In this document: positions 13,178-27,310 of the stretch, one piece after another
Layout of the letters: each line of letters opens with the position of its first letter
Numbering within the stretch: position 1 is the first letter of the stretch
Source of the DNA: the human T2T-CHM13v2.0 reference genome, Homo sapiens
Strand: one strand, 5' to 3'
DNA length: 64,000 nucleotides
Assembly: GCF_009914755.1 (NCBI RefSeq)
Contig: NC_060934.1
The notes under the pieces: model-generated
What the model was told of the DNA's origin: nothing
Database searches by the model: none
The model's input: the letters and a program-made list of their open reading frames with translations, nothing else
Made by a program: the position numbers and the translations under genes

Positions 13178-15700
13178 TGCATGATGGGGAGCTACAACCC
13201 CAAGGCAGGTGGGATTAGGCAGATTCAGGGGGTTCCCATGGGTCCTTCAGAGGTTGGGTAGGGGAACAATTCTTCCCAGGCTGGGGTTCCCCAAAGCTTG
13301 TTCAAAGGGGCCCTTACCTCTTCCACTCATCTATCACTGCCCACCATCCAAGCTAAGCCACTGGGAACTGCCTCTCAAAAAGCATCTCTCTGAGCAGGTG
13401 CGACCTGTGCATGTGAATGTGTAATAGGAACAACAGGCCAGGGTTATTGTAGGATGGAGAGACCTTCAGCCTGGGACTAAGAGGAAGGTAAATCACAGAG
13501 GCGGACAAGAGAGACACACCACATGCACTGCCCGGTTCACGGGCACCACACTGACCCCATACACAGATGCCAGACTTGGACACACAGCCGCACATGGTGC
13601 TTGCATCATGCACATTCACTTGCAAAGCCCCAGTCCCACACAATCATGGTCTCTAAATCGCCAATCCCGCACAGCTACACTTTTGGGCAGTTTGAATCAG
13701 GTCCAGGAGCTATAAGGGAGGATGACCAGACAAAAAGGGACATGAAATCATTGCCCATCTGTGGGGCTCTCATCGGGTGTTGGGAGGGGGTGTCAACACC
13801 GGGGAGAGGTCGCCCCCTGCTGGAAAGACGACTGTAACCACTTCCCCATCCAAGCCTGCCCAGCTAATCTTACCCCTAACCCTCCCCTAGTAAGACATCC
13901 ACACACACCATACATTTATCCACCACACTCTGCCTAAGCCCCAGCCAGGCTGCATAACTCTGGGTTCTTTTAAAAACATGTAAAATCTTTGATCATCATT
14001 TGTTTAAACTGTATAAATAATCTACTGGGTTTTAATAGGATTTTTCTATGAATCGGCAACAAAGCATGAAATGTGATATTTTCACCATGAGTAGTTGGGA
14101 AATTAGTCACCTCTGTCCATGGCTCCCTGCTGGCTGGAGACCCCCAGGCTGTCTGGTTCCTGTCTCACCTCCACCTCAGGCCTTTCAAATGCTACCCCGA
14201 CAGCTCCTGCCTTTTTGGGGTAGTAGGGGGAATTCTGTGGTATCACTATGAGGAGGCCTGCTGGTTGTCTCCTCGTCTCAAAGCAAAGACCAGGCTGCCC
14301 TGGGTTCCCGTTTCTCTGATTTATCAGAAGTCAGGGTCTTTGGTTCTCTACGTCTCATTGCGGGCTACAGTGCAGGTTGGGATGGGGAACAGGGATGGGC
14401 AGTGGGTTTAAGGATAGTTATTTGGGGCAGAAGAAGTTCGAGGGCAGAGAGTTGGAGTCATTCACAATTTTCCCATCTTCCCCAAAGTTCTGCACACTTG
14501 TTCACTCCCCAGGCTGTTCCACACTCACAGCAGCAGGACCCACACACCCCGTCAAGGAGGCTGGGCCTGTCTCCTGAGGTTTACAAACTGCCTGCCCACT
14601 CTGGGAGCAAAAGGTGCTAAGTCTGGGAGAGGAACAACTGTTGGGGGCAAGGAAGGGTGAGAGATGGAGAACAGATCTAGGGAAGCAGGAAATGAGGGCT
14701 TCAGGGATGGGAGCCAGGCAGGGATCAGAGATGGAGGAATCAGAGATAAGACCAGGACTTCGGAGTTAGATGGATGAGGCAGAGATGGTGGAAACTGCCC
14801 AAATATGCAAGCGAGGCTTTCAGTCCAGCTCCCAAATGACTCCTGACCCCAGTCCCCACCACCAAGTACAGCAGTCCCAAAGAATGCCTCTTACGCCTCA
14901 CTGGCCTGTTGGGAAAAGCCAGTGGCAATGCCAGTGACCAAGAGCCTATGCAGCAGGGCTGGCCCTGAGCTACCCAGATGGGTCTTGGGCCACCCAGGTC
15001 TCAGGCCAAAGCCTGGTAAGCCTCAGCCTCAGAGCTGGGCATGGGCCATGGGGGAGGGGGTTGTGGGGCCCCCTCCTTGCCCTGAACCACAGTCCACATG
15101 CTCCGAGCTGAGCAGGGCCCCTTCCTTTCTGCCCCCTGCCCCTGGCCCTAGATGAATAAAACTCAGGGGGTGGGGGGAGCTATTCATGGAACCAGAGAAT
15201 GTGTGAGCTGCCCAGCAGCCCCCTCTCATTAGGGGACCCCCGTCAGGTGGCGCTCATTAACTTCAAGTTGTCTCTTGTTTTAAAACTCGGGTGAGGGGGG
15301 CAGGGTGGAGGGGCACATTGTCTGGCTGCTGCCCCAGAGAGATTAGGCGCCCAGGGGGAGGGGGCAGGCAAAGGCCCTTTAATTAGTTACTTTCAAAGGT
15401 TCCCTGTCCCCTTTCTCTCGGGTCCCCTCCTAACCCCCGGCTGGGCCCAGCTTCGAGGGGGGCGGTCTTTTCTGCTTGGCAGAGCCGCCTGGTCACTCGG
15501 CTTAAATCCGCAGTCTTTGTTTCTGCCTGGACAATGGGCCCAGCACATCAGCCATGGAGGCCACGGAGGAAACAGGGCCTTCTCCTGTGCGGCCAGGAGC
15601 CGGCTGAGTGGGGTGCATCCTGGCACCAGCCTGCAACCTGGGGCCCCCAACAGGGGGCTGGTACCATGAATGCTTCCTAGGCTGAAAGGAAGAGGATAGG

Positions 15701-15701
<1 letters not shown>

Positions 15702-15745
<44 letters not shown>
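15702..15745. repeat. (CA)n microsatellite
   Basis: About 22 perfect units. Confidence 0.97.
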
Positions 15746-15747
<2 letters not shown>

Positions 15748-15879
15748 CAAGACCTAGCTATTACAGAGGAAAAAGGAGAAACAAACCTCATGTCAGGGTC
15801 TCCTTCACATAGGAAGTTTCTAGGTCTTAGGGCCTGGCTCAAGGATGGGGGTGCTCTTCCTTTCTATACAGCAGAAAAA

Positions 15880-16090
15880 ATGGTTTATGAGTCAGGCAGA
15901 TCTGGGTCCCAATCTTAGCTCTACTACTCATGAGCAAATAATTAATCTCTCAAACTTCAATTTCCCTCATCTATAAAATGGAGAAAATAATGACTGCCTC
16001 TTGGGTTGTGAGGATTAAATAATCTAACTGGGTAAAAGGGTCTGGCACAGTGCTTGGCACACAGTAAGGGCTCAGTACCTGTTAGTTTCC
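15880..16090. mobile_element. MIR
   Basis: MIR core tttccctcatctataaaatggag...gggttgtgaggattaaat...gcacagtgcttggcacacagtaag. Confidence 0.8.
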
Positions 16091-19000
16091 TCCTTATATG
16101 GTTCCTATGGCCAGAGCCTTACCCTACACCCTCTACTACTAAGGAGCAGGTGCATGGGACCCTTTCAGCTTCAGGGTGCCGGTGGCCGACACGGACTAAG
16201 CTCCTGCTGGGACACACATGCAGGAAAAGACTCAGAAAGCGCTGAGTGTGCAGACATGAATGAGGAGGAAGGAGAATCCCAGATTGGGAGTGATGGGGTT
16301 GGGGGTGGGTACCAAACAGAAAAGGGTGAGTGGGAACATGAGGAGGTAGAGGAGAGTGAGCCAGCTCTGGAGATCCTGGGGGGGTGGTCTCTGGGGGAGG
16401 GATTGAGAGGCTGTGTTGCAGGAAGAGTTGGTGATTTGCTTGGGTCAGCAGATTAATGGCACTAACGAAGTTTCCGAGAGCATGGTGAATTGGGGGGTCG
16501 GGGGCGTCCATGTGGAAAGGCACATGACTGGGGATTGATCAGGCTGAAGATGAAACAGAGAAAGCTTCCCAGGCAGCGGAGGTAGGAAACGCCAAAACCA
16601 ATTACTCCCCGGCCCCTCTGGCCTCCAGATCTCTCCCCTAGAGAGGAGGGAAGGGGCTGTGACCTCTCTCTGTGGGTGAGGTCACACACATAGGCCACTC
16701 ACGTGGGTAGGTGACGCCGCAGGTGCACAGGGGAAGGTCCACACATGGGAACGCATGTGCACAAGGGAAGGTCCACGCGTGGGAATGTGGAGACCTGGGG
16801 TGTGATGACGTTGCAAGTTCTGGTCTGTATGCCCTTGTGGGTCATTTGACTCCCCACAGGTGTCCCCACATTCCACCTAAGTGTCCCTATCCAGTCACCA
16901 CACTTGTCACCAGGAGGAGCAAGGAACCCATGGTGATGGTGGAAGTGGAAGTGGAGGGCGTGCTGAGAATCTTCTTCATTCAGTTTTGGCCTTGAGTCTC
17001 ATCTCCACAAATTAGCTAGTTTGAGCCTTAGTTTCTGGTCAGAGCAACCCTGGATTACCATTTAGGTGGCTAATTCCTTTTGCAGATAACTGACAATGTA
17101 TCAGCCTCTGGTTAATGGGAGTGCACCCCACTTCATGAAAACCCATCCCTTTGGAAATAACCAATCACACACTGGTTGTTTTTAACAGCCCCTGATGTTT
17201 GTTGAATGAAAAAGTGTGGCAGATTGGGCAGCCCTCTCCAGGCTGAAGAATTCACAAAGGATATCAAAGTACCAGATCAAAGGGCAAGCAAACATCCCTT
17301 ACAGGACCTACAGAAGCCCTTGGTTAAAAATCAACAAGAGGTGATTGGATGTAAGATAAGGGCCCTTCAAACTCACAACACGAACCCACTAGACGTCTAC
17401 ACTTGGGGTCCTTAAGGGAGCTGGGGGTGGGGAATGTGGACAGCAGGGGGCCCAGTGAGGCCTGAATTTAGCTCTTCCATGTGGAGGGCCAGCTCCCTTC
17501 TTGGCAGTGTGTATGCTGTGCGGTGTTTGCACCTTCAGGTTCAGGACAGAATTTGTGTTTCATGCCAGATGTTGAATGGTGTTATTATAGTTATTAGCAA
17601 TTATGTTTTATCATAAAACCACTTTTCCTTTAAGTATGTGGGTAAAAAAATTCAGCTCTTCTTGGAGTTCTATCCAGTCTATTCCTCTTGGAGATGACTT
17701 CAAGTTTTATAATACAAGTCCATAGGCAAATGGGATTCAAGCCCTGGACATTCGCAGGAGTCCCTCTTGGAAACTTAACCATTTCAAGCAGAGAGAAGCC
17801 GCTACACTGCTGGGGTCCAGACGGCTGTCCTATGCAGGGAGGTTGCGCTCCAAAGGTACTGCACAGTGTCAGTGCTCCCTCCCTATACCCCTCACCTGTC
17901 CCCTCCCCCAACCTTCAACCTCACCAATGCAGTCACTGGGGATCCTGACCCAAGGATGCCTCCCCCTTCTCCATGCCCCCACCCCCATCCCACCCGTGCC
18001 CCCACCACAATGTCTACGAGGGAGACCGGCTCCTCTTGGGGCCTTCAAGCTTTTGTTAGGGTTATGTGAGCCACTAGTGACAAGGGCCCTGAAACCCAAC
18101 TCGACCAAACTCATAAAAGGGGTCACTGTCTCTTTAATTAAAGTTCCCTGTTTGGAGGTTAAAGACAAACCCGTTTGATGGTGCAGGTGTGTAGAGTGGG
18201 GGTGGGGGAGAAGGGTGGAAGCGGCTAGAGGAAAACAGAATTCTATCCTTAGAGGGAAGTAGGGAGGGGCCTCACCAGGGGCAGGCTGGCCGAGCGATGG
18301 AAAGTCTGATGGGGGTCCCTGAGGGTCCCCAGTGTGGCAAGGGTCACAAGGGGGAGAAATCAGGCAAGAACCGGGAATCCCAGGGCCAGTGCAGCGAGCT
18401 CTGACTCCCCTGCGGGCATGCACATGCTCCTGGCCCATGCACACACTACCTGCCCTCCATGATGCCCGACTGACCACTCCCCTTGCCCACTCTTCCATCC
18501 CTCCCTTTTCCATCCCAAAAGTTCTCCAATAAAAGAGGACCCAGGGCCTAATACCATCTCCCCACAGAAGCAACTTCATCACAGTTTAACATAAAAAGAT
18601 CAGCTGGTATCGACCCGTAATTTGGACCCATGCCACGCTATTGGCAGGAAGACAGAATAAGTTAGGGTGGCCATGTTTCAAAAATTCTCTGTGTGCACTC
18701 AATCACGGCCCAGGGAAGGCGGGTGGGTGCGTAATAACCCAGCCGCGCTCTCCATTTCCCCTGTAGATCAATGCTAATACCAGGAGGCCCCGGAAGATGG
18801 ATGGAACCGACAGGAACCTTGAAATCCCGACACGGGGGCTGGTGCCTCAACCGATAAAGGATTTCTTCACTGCTACTGGGGCAGGGACACTGAAACCTTA
18901 GGGGCCATGGGAAGACAGTCTGATTGGGGACAAAGAGATGAGGAGAGGGAGCAGCCTCTTCTTTATGCTCACTGACACCCTTAGTCACTCACGTGGCCAC

Positions 19001-21048
19001 TGACCGATGCTCGCTCCAGAGTCACTGACAGGCACGCCAACCGCGGCACACACCATCGCTCACACTGTACCCAGCCAAAAGCACCAACGCCTCCCCAAAG
19101 ACACCTCGACTCCCTGCAGTCCCACAAATGGGTCCCTGTACACACGTGTACACATGCATGTACACAAACTCAAACCTCAACACCAGAATGAATCAAGGTA
19201 TCTGACACAGGCACACTTACCTAGGGAGATACAGACACATCCAACCATTGACATTACACCCCGTCCCCGTGAAGCAAAAAGAGATGTGCATCTACATGCA
19301 TATGTACTTCTCTGTCTCTCCCTCCTTCCTTTCCATGCCTTCCTTCTTCCCATTTCCTTGTGATTCTGTTTGGAAACTTGCAGGCTGATGGTCAGTCAGG
19401 GAACTTTCCAGGACCCATTGGATGTAAATCACTAACACAAAAGTACACCAGGCACACAGTCCTGGTCAACCAGACTCCCAGATGGGTGCACACACATGCT
19501 GCAAAGTGGGAGTCCTGGGTTCCAGGAACAGCTCAACATGGACTTGCTGTGTGGCCTTGGACAAGCCATTTCCTCTCTCTCTCTGGGCCTCTGTTTCCTC
19601 ATCTATAAAACAAGAGGTTGAACTGGGAGATTTCGAAGGGCCCTTTCAGGTCTGAATTTCTCTGTCTATTGTGGCAGACACAAATTCCTGCCAAGAGTTG
19701 CACACAAACGCAGGCAGCCCTGAGCACTCACACTGGCTGTGGTGGCCTGAAGCCACACCCACAAGGACACACAGGGGAACACAGGCACACAGGGCTCTTC
19801 CCAGCAAGGGTGCCTGCAATAGGGGCAGCAGCTCCCATCCTTCCCAGAGCTGGAAGTCAAGGAGCCTCAGAACCCACTCTTCTGGGAGCAAAGAACTGGG
19901 GACAAAGTAGAGAGATGGAGCATTGTTGTGAGTTTGAGTGGGGGACAGAGGGGGCCTTTCAGGCTGCTGTCTGATTTCCTTCCTTTTGAGCTCAGTCCCA
20001 GGACTGGAGCCATTTCCACAGCCTCGAGCTGACATCTTGTGGCCATCTCCAATGATTGCAGGCTTCACAAGGAGACAGTCCCCTGCAGAGAAGCATAGCC
20101 CTGCCCAACCCAGAAAGTCGTTGGCAGAACACTGCTTCCCATCCCTGATGCCCTGACCTATGCCCAGCTGCCAGGAAAGGCACAGGGGCTGACTTGTTCC
20201 TCCAGCGCGGACAGGTAGAATACAGGGGGCTACCTTGGGAAAAGCTTCAGGGTTACTGGGTGACAAAAGGGACTGGAAAAAAAATGGATGCTTAAGGGAG
20301 CTGCAGCCTGTGGTAGAAATGTAGTCCCACATTCCCACAGCCTCAGTCTAAGGTAAGGAAACATGGCCCAGGCCCAGGGGACTGCAGTCTAGGGAGGCGA
20401 CACAGCCTTTCCCCAGGGATCTCCAGGTGAAGGAAGAGACTCAGCCCTGGCCTCCTGGAAGCCCAGTCTGATGGGAGGCATTTGGCCCTCCTCACAGACA
20501 GCCTTAGCTTTAGGGGAAGAGGGGAAGGGGAGAGACATGGCTCTGCCCTAATGGATCTTCTCATCTTAAGGAGAGAAAAACCTCAGCCCACAGCAGTGAC
20601 CTCAGTCCTATCCGAGGAGTATGGAATTTGGGGGCTTGGAAGCCCCCAGCTATCTCAGCTTCCCATGCCAAGCCCTAATCTGGTAGTCTGAAAGGAACAT
20701 GATTTCCATGCCTGCATCAGCAGCCTGGGGCTGGGCAGAGGGTTGGAGCAGAAGTTTTGGGGAAGTGGGCCATCCAGAGCCAGCCCCGTTGATTCTGGAG
20801 AGACCTACTGGGCAGGGGTGGGGGGTGCATGGCAGGGGAGGACCACACTTTGCAGATCCTCCCAGAGGAAGCCATGATGGAAGTCCCTGGACAACCCTGG
20901 GCCAGTTCCTCCTACTAGCCAGAGCCTCCTGCCACCTCTGGAGCCAGGTCTTAGGACCCTGGAGATGACAAGTCACACACAAGGCAGAGGCCAGGGGTTC
21001 CCAACCTGGAACCAGGGAACCCTGGAGGTGCTGGGTTGATGAGTTTGT

Positions 21049-21219
21049 TATAAATTAGAGACTCGTTAAGAGAAGGTGAGAAGGGCTCAGTAACAGCTTT
21101 CGGGGTCCATCTTTTCGATTTCTTGTTCGGTTTGTTTATTGCTATTGTTCCTGTCTCATAAGCTTATTGCAAAACCAGTAAAAATGATCTATTCCGAAAG
21201 GGAAGTTGCTCTTTTGACT
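21049..21219 (+). promoter_or_regulatory. Enhancer-like element, copy 1 of a paralogous pair
   Basis: Direct-repeat homology to 25627-25787 (33/39 and 87/107 ungapped blocks); Hox/Cdx (TTTATTG), Sox (ATTGTT) and Fox (TGTTTAT) type motifs. Function is inferred. Confidence 0.6.
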
Positions 21220-21989
21220 GGAAGCTGCCTCTTGGTCCTGGACCCCACCCCTCCCCCTCCTGGTGGCTGCAGCCTAGCCTGGTTGACCAGCTGTCTCCTG
21301 CCGCGGGGTCAGCAGAGGGTGCCAGATTCCTGCTCACTAGAAACTGTGTCCACCTGCCATGTAGCCACCCTGGGCTGGCCTCAGGCCTCCAACCTGGTCC
21401 CATCACCCCGATGACCGCTGCACCCCAGCCGTCCAGCTCACCTCTGATAGACACACCAGGGCTGTTATGGGGGAACAGGAGGCCAGGATAGGATCCAAGG
21501 ACAGTCACTGGAGTCTTAAGTTTTGGGCGTGATTTTGGCTCAGTTTCCCCTCTGCGCCTCAGTGAGTGTTTGCCTTTAGCATGGGCTTCCCTGCCATGAG
21601 GTAGCCCTAAGGGCTAATGATTGAACAAAGAGGCCTCCAAGGTTCCCAAGAATCAGAAGTCCTGGTTTTGACCTTGAAGGCAGAACAGAGACCCCTGGCC
21701 CTTTGCACATCCAGGAACCTAGTTACAGTTGGGGGCCAGGGGCTCAGGAATCCCAATCCCGAATGAGTTGGCTCTCACCCCATCCCTGTTCTGCAAATAA
21801 CATTAGTTCCGTTTAGTGACTGTAATATTCCTGAGACACTGCAGATTTCTCTGGGCTACTAACTTGGTTTCAGAGTCTTTCAGATGATTATTGTGGGGAG
21901 TACAGGGTTGAGGGGGATCAAGAAAAAGCCAACAGACTCCTTCACTGATTCATACAGAATTTCAGAGCGTCAGAGCCTGAAGAGACTTC

Positions 21990-22315
21990 TTTTTTTTCCC
22001 CCCTGAGATGGAGTTTAGCTCTTGTCGCCCAGGCTGGAGTGCAATGTGCAATCTCGACCCACTGCAACCTCTGCCCCCCAGAATAGCTGGGATTACAGAT
22101 GCCCACCACCATGCCTGGCTAATTTTTTTTTTTTTTTTTTTTAGATCGTGCCTCGTTCTGCCGCCCAGGCCACGTCTGGCTAATTTTTATATTTTTAGTA
22201 GAGACGGGGTTTCACCATCTTGCCCAGGCTTATCTTAAACTCCTGACCTCGTGATCCACCCTCCTCAGCCTCCCAAAGTGCTGGGATTACACGTGTGAGC
22301 CACCATGCCTGGCCC
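21990..22315 (-). mobile_element. Rearranged Alu with a nested truncated Alu tail
   Basis: Antisense Alu with internal deletion and a poly-T plus Alu 3'-end insert in the linker. Confidence 0.85.
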
Positions 22316-22899
22316 CGAAGGGACTTCTGAGATCACTCTGTGAAACCCCTTCCTGCCTCAATACAGAATCAGGGTCAGAGACCTGAAGTGACTTGGCCAA
22401 AGTCCCACAGCCAGTGAGTGGCAGAGCCAGGATGGGAATCCAAGGTGACAGACCCTTGCACCACTGCCCTTTATGGCGCCCTGCCCAGCATCTTCCTGTG
22501 TCCTGCTCATGTCAGCAAGCTCTGCCTCCTTCCTCACAAGCCAGTCCCTGCAGCCAGCACAGGTAACAGACCTTCCTTTCCCTCCCTGCTGTCTAACATC
22601 AGGCCTATTTTCTCTAAAGCAAAATCGGTCTGTTTCCCCAAGGCCGACACACTGGCTCTGCCAGAGGGCCCAGATAAGGGGAAAACCTTGCACGGCGGCC
22701 TTTGGAGTTTCCCTGTCACTTCAAAGAGCTAACATCAACACACTCTTCCTTTATCTATTTATTTTGGACAAGGAGGACAAGAGGTGAAGACGGGTAGGAA
22801 ACAGTCAAAGTTGTCAGGAAGACCATCTCAAGGACTTGGCACATCTTCAGAGAGAAGCACATCAATGTTTTCCCTTGATCTCTGTTTGTTTATGTTAAC

Positions 22900-23160
22900 A
22901 AACACTCAATATAGTGCTTGCTGCATGTCAGGCACTATTCTAAGCACTTTGTATATTCATTTATTAGTTTAATTTTATATTAACTTATTATATATCATAT
23001 AATTAATTTACTAAATCTTCTTAATAACCCTGAGGTAGGTACTGTTATTAGTTCCACTTTACAGATGAGGAAAGTGAATCACAGAAAGGCAAGAAGCTTG
23101 CCTGAGGCCACGTAGCTAATGGCAGAGTCACCATTCAAAGCCAGGCAGTCTGGCTCTTAC
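22900..23160. mobile_element. MIR (opposite orientation) with AT-rich insert
   Basis: caggcactattctaagcacttt...ccctgaggtaggtactgttatt...tttacagatgaggaaa. Confidence 0.75.
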
Positions 23161-23549
23161 CCACGGGGCTAGGATCCTTCTCTTTATAGAAGCATCAGCA
23201 CAAGCGTTGGTAGGGCCCCGTGACCAGGAGAGGAAGGAAGATTCTGAACATTCAGAAAAAATCAGACATTGTTGGGGCCCTGTACAGTGTTCCCTGGAGC
23301 TTATCTCTTGTTAATTACTATCATGGCCTCTTCTGTCCTTGGCTTGTTTGAAAGCCAATGTTTTATGGTTGGGGTGACCAAGGGAAGCATAGGCAGCCTG
23401 GACCTTGGGCCCCTCCCACACTAGCCCCATTCTGGGGAGGCTTCTGGGTTCTGGAAGCCAGGGCAGGAGTGTGGTGCTAGCACCCACTGCCTTGTTGCTC
23501 ACAGAGCCCTGCTCCCTCCCACGCAGCTGCCTGCACTGACATCTCTGAG

Positions 23550-23910
23550 AGGGCCTTTGATTAAAGAGACAAGTGACTTTGCCCATTCTATTGATCAGAA
23601 TAAATTACTAGGAACTAATTTATGGGCCTCCCCACAGCCGATGACATGGTGGATTGTGCGCTATTGGTCAGTAAATTGGATTGTCAGGCTAGATTATTGG
23701 TTCGTATACAGTTATCTCTCATAGCAATATCAGGCAGCCCAGGTACAAGAGTGAAATCCTTTCTCTGCTGCCAGATGCCAGGATGTGACGAGGCCTTCTC
23801 GGGGGGCTGGTGGGGAGGGGCAGTGAGGGAAGAGGAGGAGAGGGGAGGAGAGGAGAGGCGAGGCCTCTGTGCAGGATGCTTATTAATTAGTGCAGCATCA
23901 CAGCATTAAA
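23550..23910. promoter_or_regulatory. Candidate conserved non-coding element
   Basis: CTTTGAT (TCF/LEF) overlapping TGATTAA; TAATTTATGG; TGTCA; TATTAATTAG. Confidence 0.45.
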
Positions 23911-25626
23911 AGAACATTAGTGTGGAATCGTCTGCAGAGTGATGGGGAAATGACATTGCAGGCCTCCTCCTGATTCTCCAGCTATGGCTCTGCTGGGGAG
24001 AGCAGGGAGGGGGTTGATGAGCAGACGGGGGGATGGGAAAGATAAAGGTTGTTGGGGGGATAAGAGGCCAAGAAGAGGGGAAGAGAAAGGAGAGGCCACA
24101 TTTGCTGTGAATTGCAAGCAGAGAAGGTCTGCTAAGCGCCAGCGTCGCTGAGCCCCACGCGGGGGAAATGGAGCTGCCGTTCTGCTCCGTACATCACAGC
24201 CAACGATGAAAAGTTCTAGAGCTGGGATTTCTCAGGCAATTTGGCCAGTGATGCATGGGGCAGTAGATCCTCGCGCACTCTTCCGTGCTTCTGCCAAGCC
24301 AGCAATAACAAAAACTTATTTTTTGCCAGGGAAACGGATATGAGTCAGGCAGCCCATCGGGAATTAGGGGGGCTTTACCACGCCGCTGCGATTTGTACCA
24401 CTCGGCTGTTTCCCCGAGCTCTAAAGACCTGCCAGGAGGTGACAAAGGCGAGACAATTTCGAGTTCACAGTCCTGTGTCCTCGAAGCATAACAGCATGCT
24501 ATCGAAGGGGACTTTCAGGGGCTGTGGGTTGCAAAGTCAGCGGTCTTTTCCCCCAAGCTCACTGGGCAGTGGGGAGATGGGGTGAGGAGAAGAGCCACAG
24601 AGAGCTGAGGCACTGCTGTGAATTTCTAGAAGAGATGGACCCACAGCTCTGCCCTCACTGGGCATGGCCAGAAGGGGTGAGAAGGGGGGTGTTGGAGTGC
24701 CAACCTGGCCCCAGGGATGAGAGCATCAGCATCCCAAGTGAATGCCCTCTGGGGGCTCCTGCCATGGGCTGCCGGGGTTGTTGCCACCCGTCCAAACTCT
24801 GGGTCATCCAATCCCTGGAGAGGTGGACGCGGAAACCCCGCTTGGTCGTCTTTTCTCACTCTCACGGTTAGAGCATGAGCCCGGAGGAGGCCTGCACTTT
24901 CTTTGAGGCGTGATCAGGAACACAGATAACCTGTTCTTTGGGCTACAGGCCCCAGGGGAAATGTTCAAATGGAGCACTGAGCCCTTCTGACTTTAGCTAT
25001 CATTCATCTGACACTGCCAGTAACCCGGCAAGTAAACACCCGCTGGCAGGGACCCTGGGCCTCCAGCTTGCTTGAATTGCCACTGAGAACAGCTGCAAGG
25101 TCTCATCAGTGTCTACAGTGACACCAGGATCGCCCCCCACCCACCCTACCTCCCTTAGCAGGCGTGGGGCACGCCGATTTGGATCCTGAGAAAAGGCCCA
25201 GCACCACAAACTAAAAATAGTCTGCACATTCCAAAAGACGAAGTTCAAGGGTGTAGAAGATGCAACCCCTTCCCTCAGCCTCTGCATGCTTTTTGTGCCC
25301 ACTCCCTGGCCTCTGTGCTCTCCAAAATTTAAACTTACAGCCCTCGGCCATTTCAGCATGAGTTTTTATCCTGGTCACTCTCCTTTTCTGCCCTCCATTG
25401 ATAAACAAAATCAAAGGGGACAGACCCTCAAGTCCCCTTAAGGAGACAAGGTTGGGCTCAGGCCCCAAACCCCAAGGCAGTGCCACCCCACCACTTCTGG
25501 CATGACAACCACTTCCATTACAACCACTATGTGGAAATGAGCACAGAAGCCCCCAGAGTACCTGGGCCTCCAAGATGGAAAAGTTTGCAAAGCTTGGCAA
25601 AAGAAAAGTGGGCCTGCAAGCCGGTC

Positions 25627-25787
25627 TATAAATTAGAGACTCATTAACAAGAGGCGGGAAGGGCTTTGGGGGCCTGCGCCTTTCGATTTCTTGTTGAGCT
25701 GGTTTATTGCTATTGTTTCTATTTCATACGTTTATTGCAAAACCAATAAAAATTATCTATTAAGAGCAGGAAACTCATCTTTTGACT
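25627..25787 (+). promoter_or_regulatory. Enhancer-like element, copy 2 of a paralogous pair
   Basis: Homologous to 21049-21219; TTTATTG twice and CCAATAAA; flanks unrelated to those of copy 1. Confidence 0.6.
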
Positions 25788-26122
25788 TGTTGGTTGAGAT
25801 TTCTACAGAATAACCTTTAACTGGCCCAACATGTCTGCAGGAGAGGAGAAGGCTCACGTAGTTACCTTGAGAGGCCAACCAAGAAGACAGTAGGAAGGCC
25901 CAGCCCTTGGGGTGGGGAAGGGGGTGGCCACAAAAACAAGAACACTGTATCCAGAGCCTGCCGAGGGCAAAGCCTTCCCACTGCCATCCTAACCAGTGGG
26001 AAGCCATACTGTGTTTTACCTATCCAATATTTTACATTTTTTAATTAATTGAAAACATGTAAAATTTGAGACTTTTCATCATACATGCTGGTATCTGGCT
26101 TCTCTTTTAAAATGGCAAGATC

Positions 26123-26848
<726 letters not shown>

Positions 26849-27007
26849 TGAACTATTCTTGAAATAAAGTTCTGTAAGAATGCTTCTAAATCAGACTAAT
26901 AAAATTTCTCTTCCAAGATCCTCAAAGGAAGGCCCAGGTCTAGTACCAGCTGGAAGGGAAGGGAGCTAACATTTCGTTGCATGCTGATGTGCCAGGGTCA
27001 GCACTGA

Positions 27008-27310
<303 letters not shown>

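Noticed and set aside
20991-21025. Short hairpin ccaggggttccc...gggaaccctgg before enhancer-like copy 1 (hAT-terminus-like)
   Set aside because: Only 11-12 bp, absent beside copy 2, with no matching far end; insufficient to call the paired elements transposon-borne.
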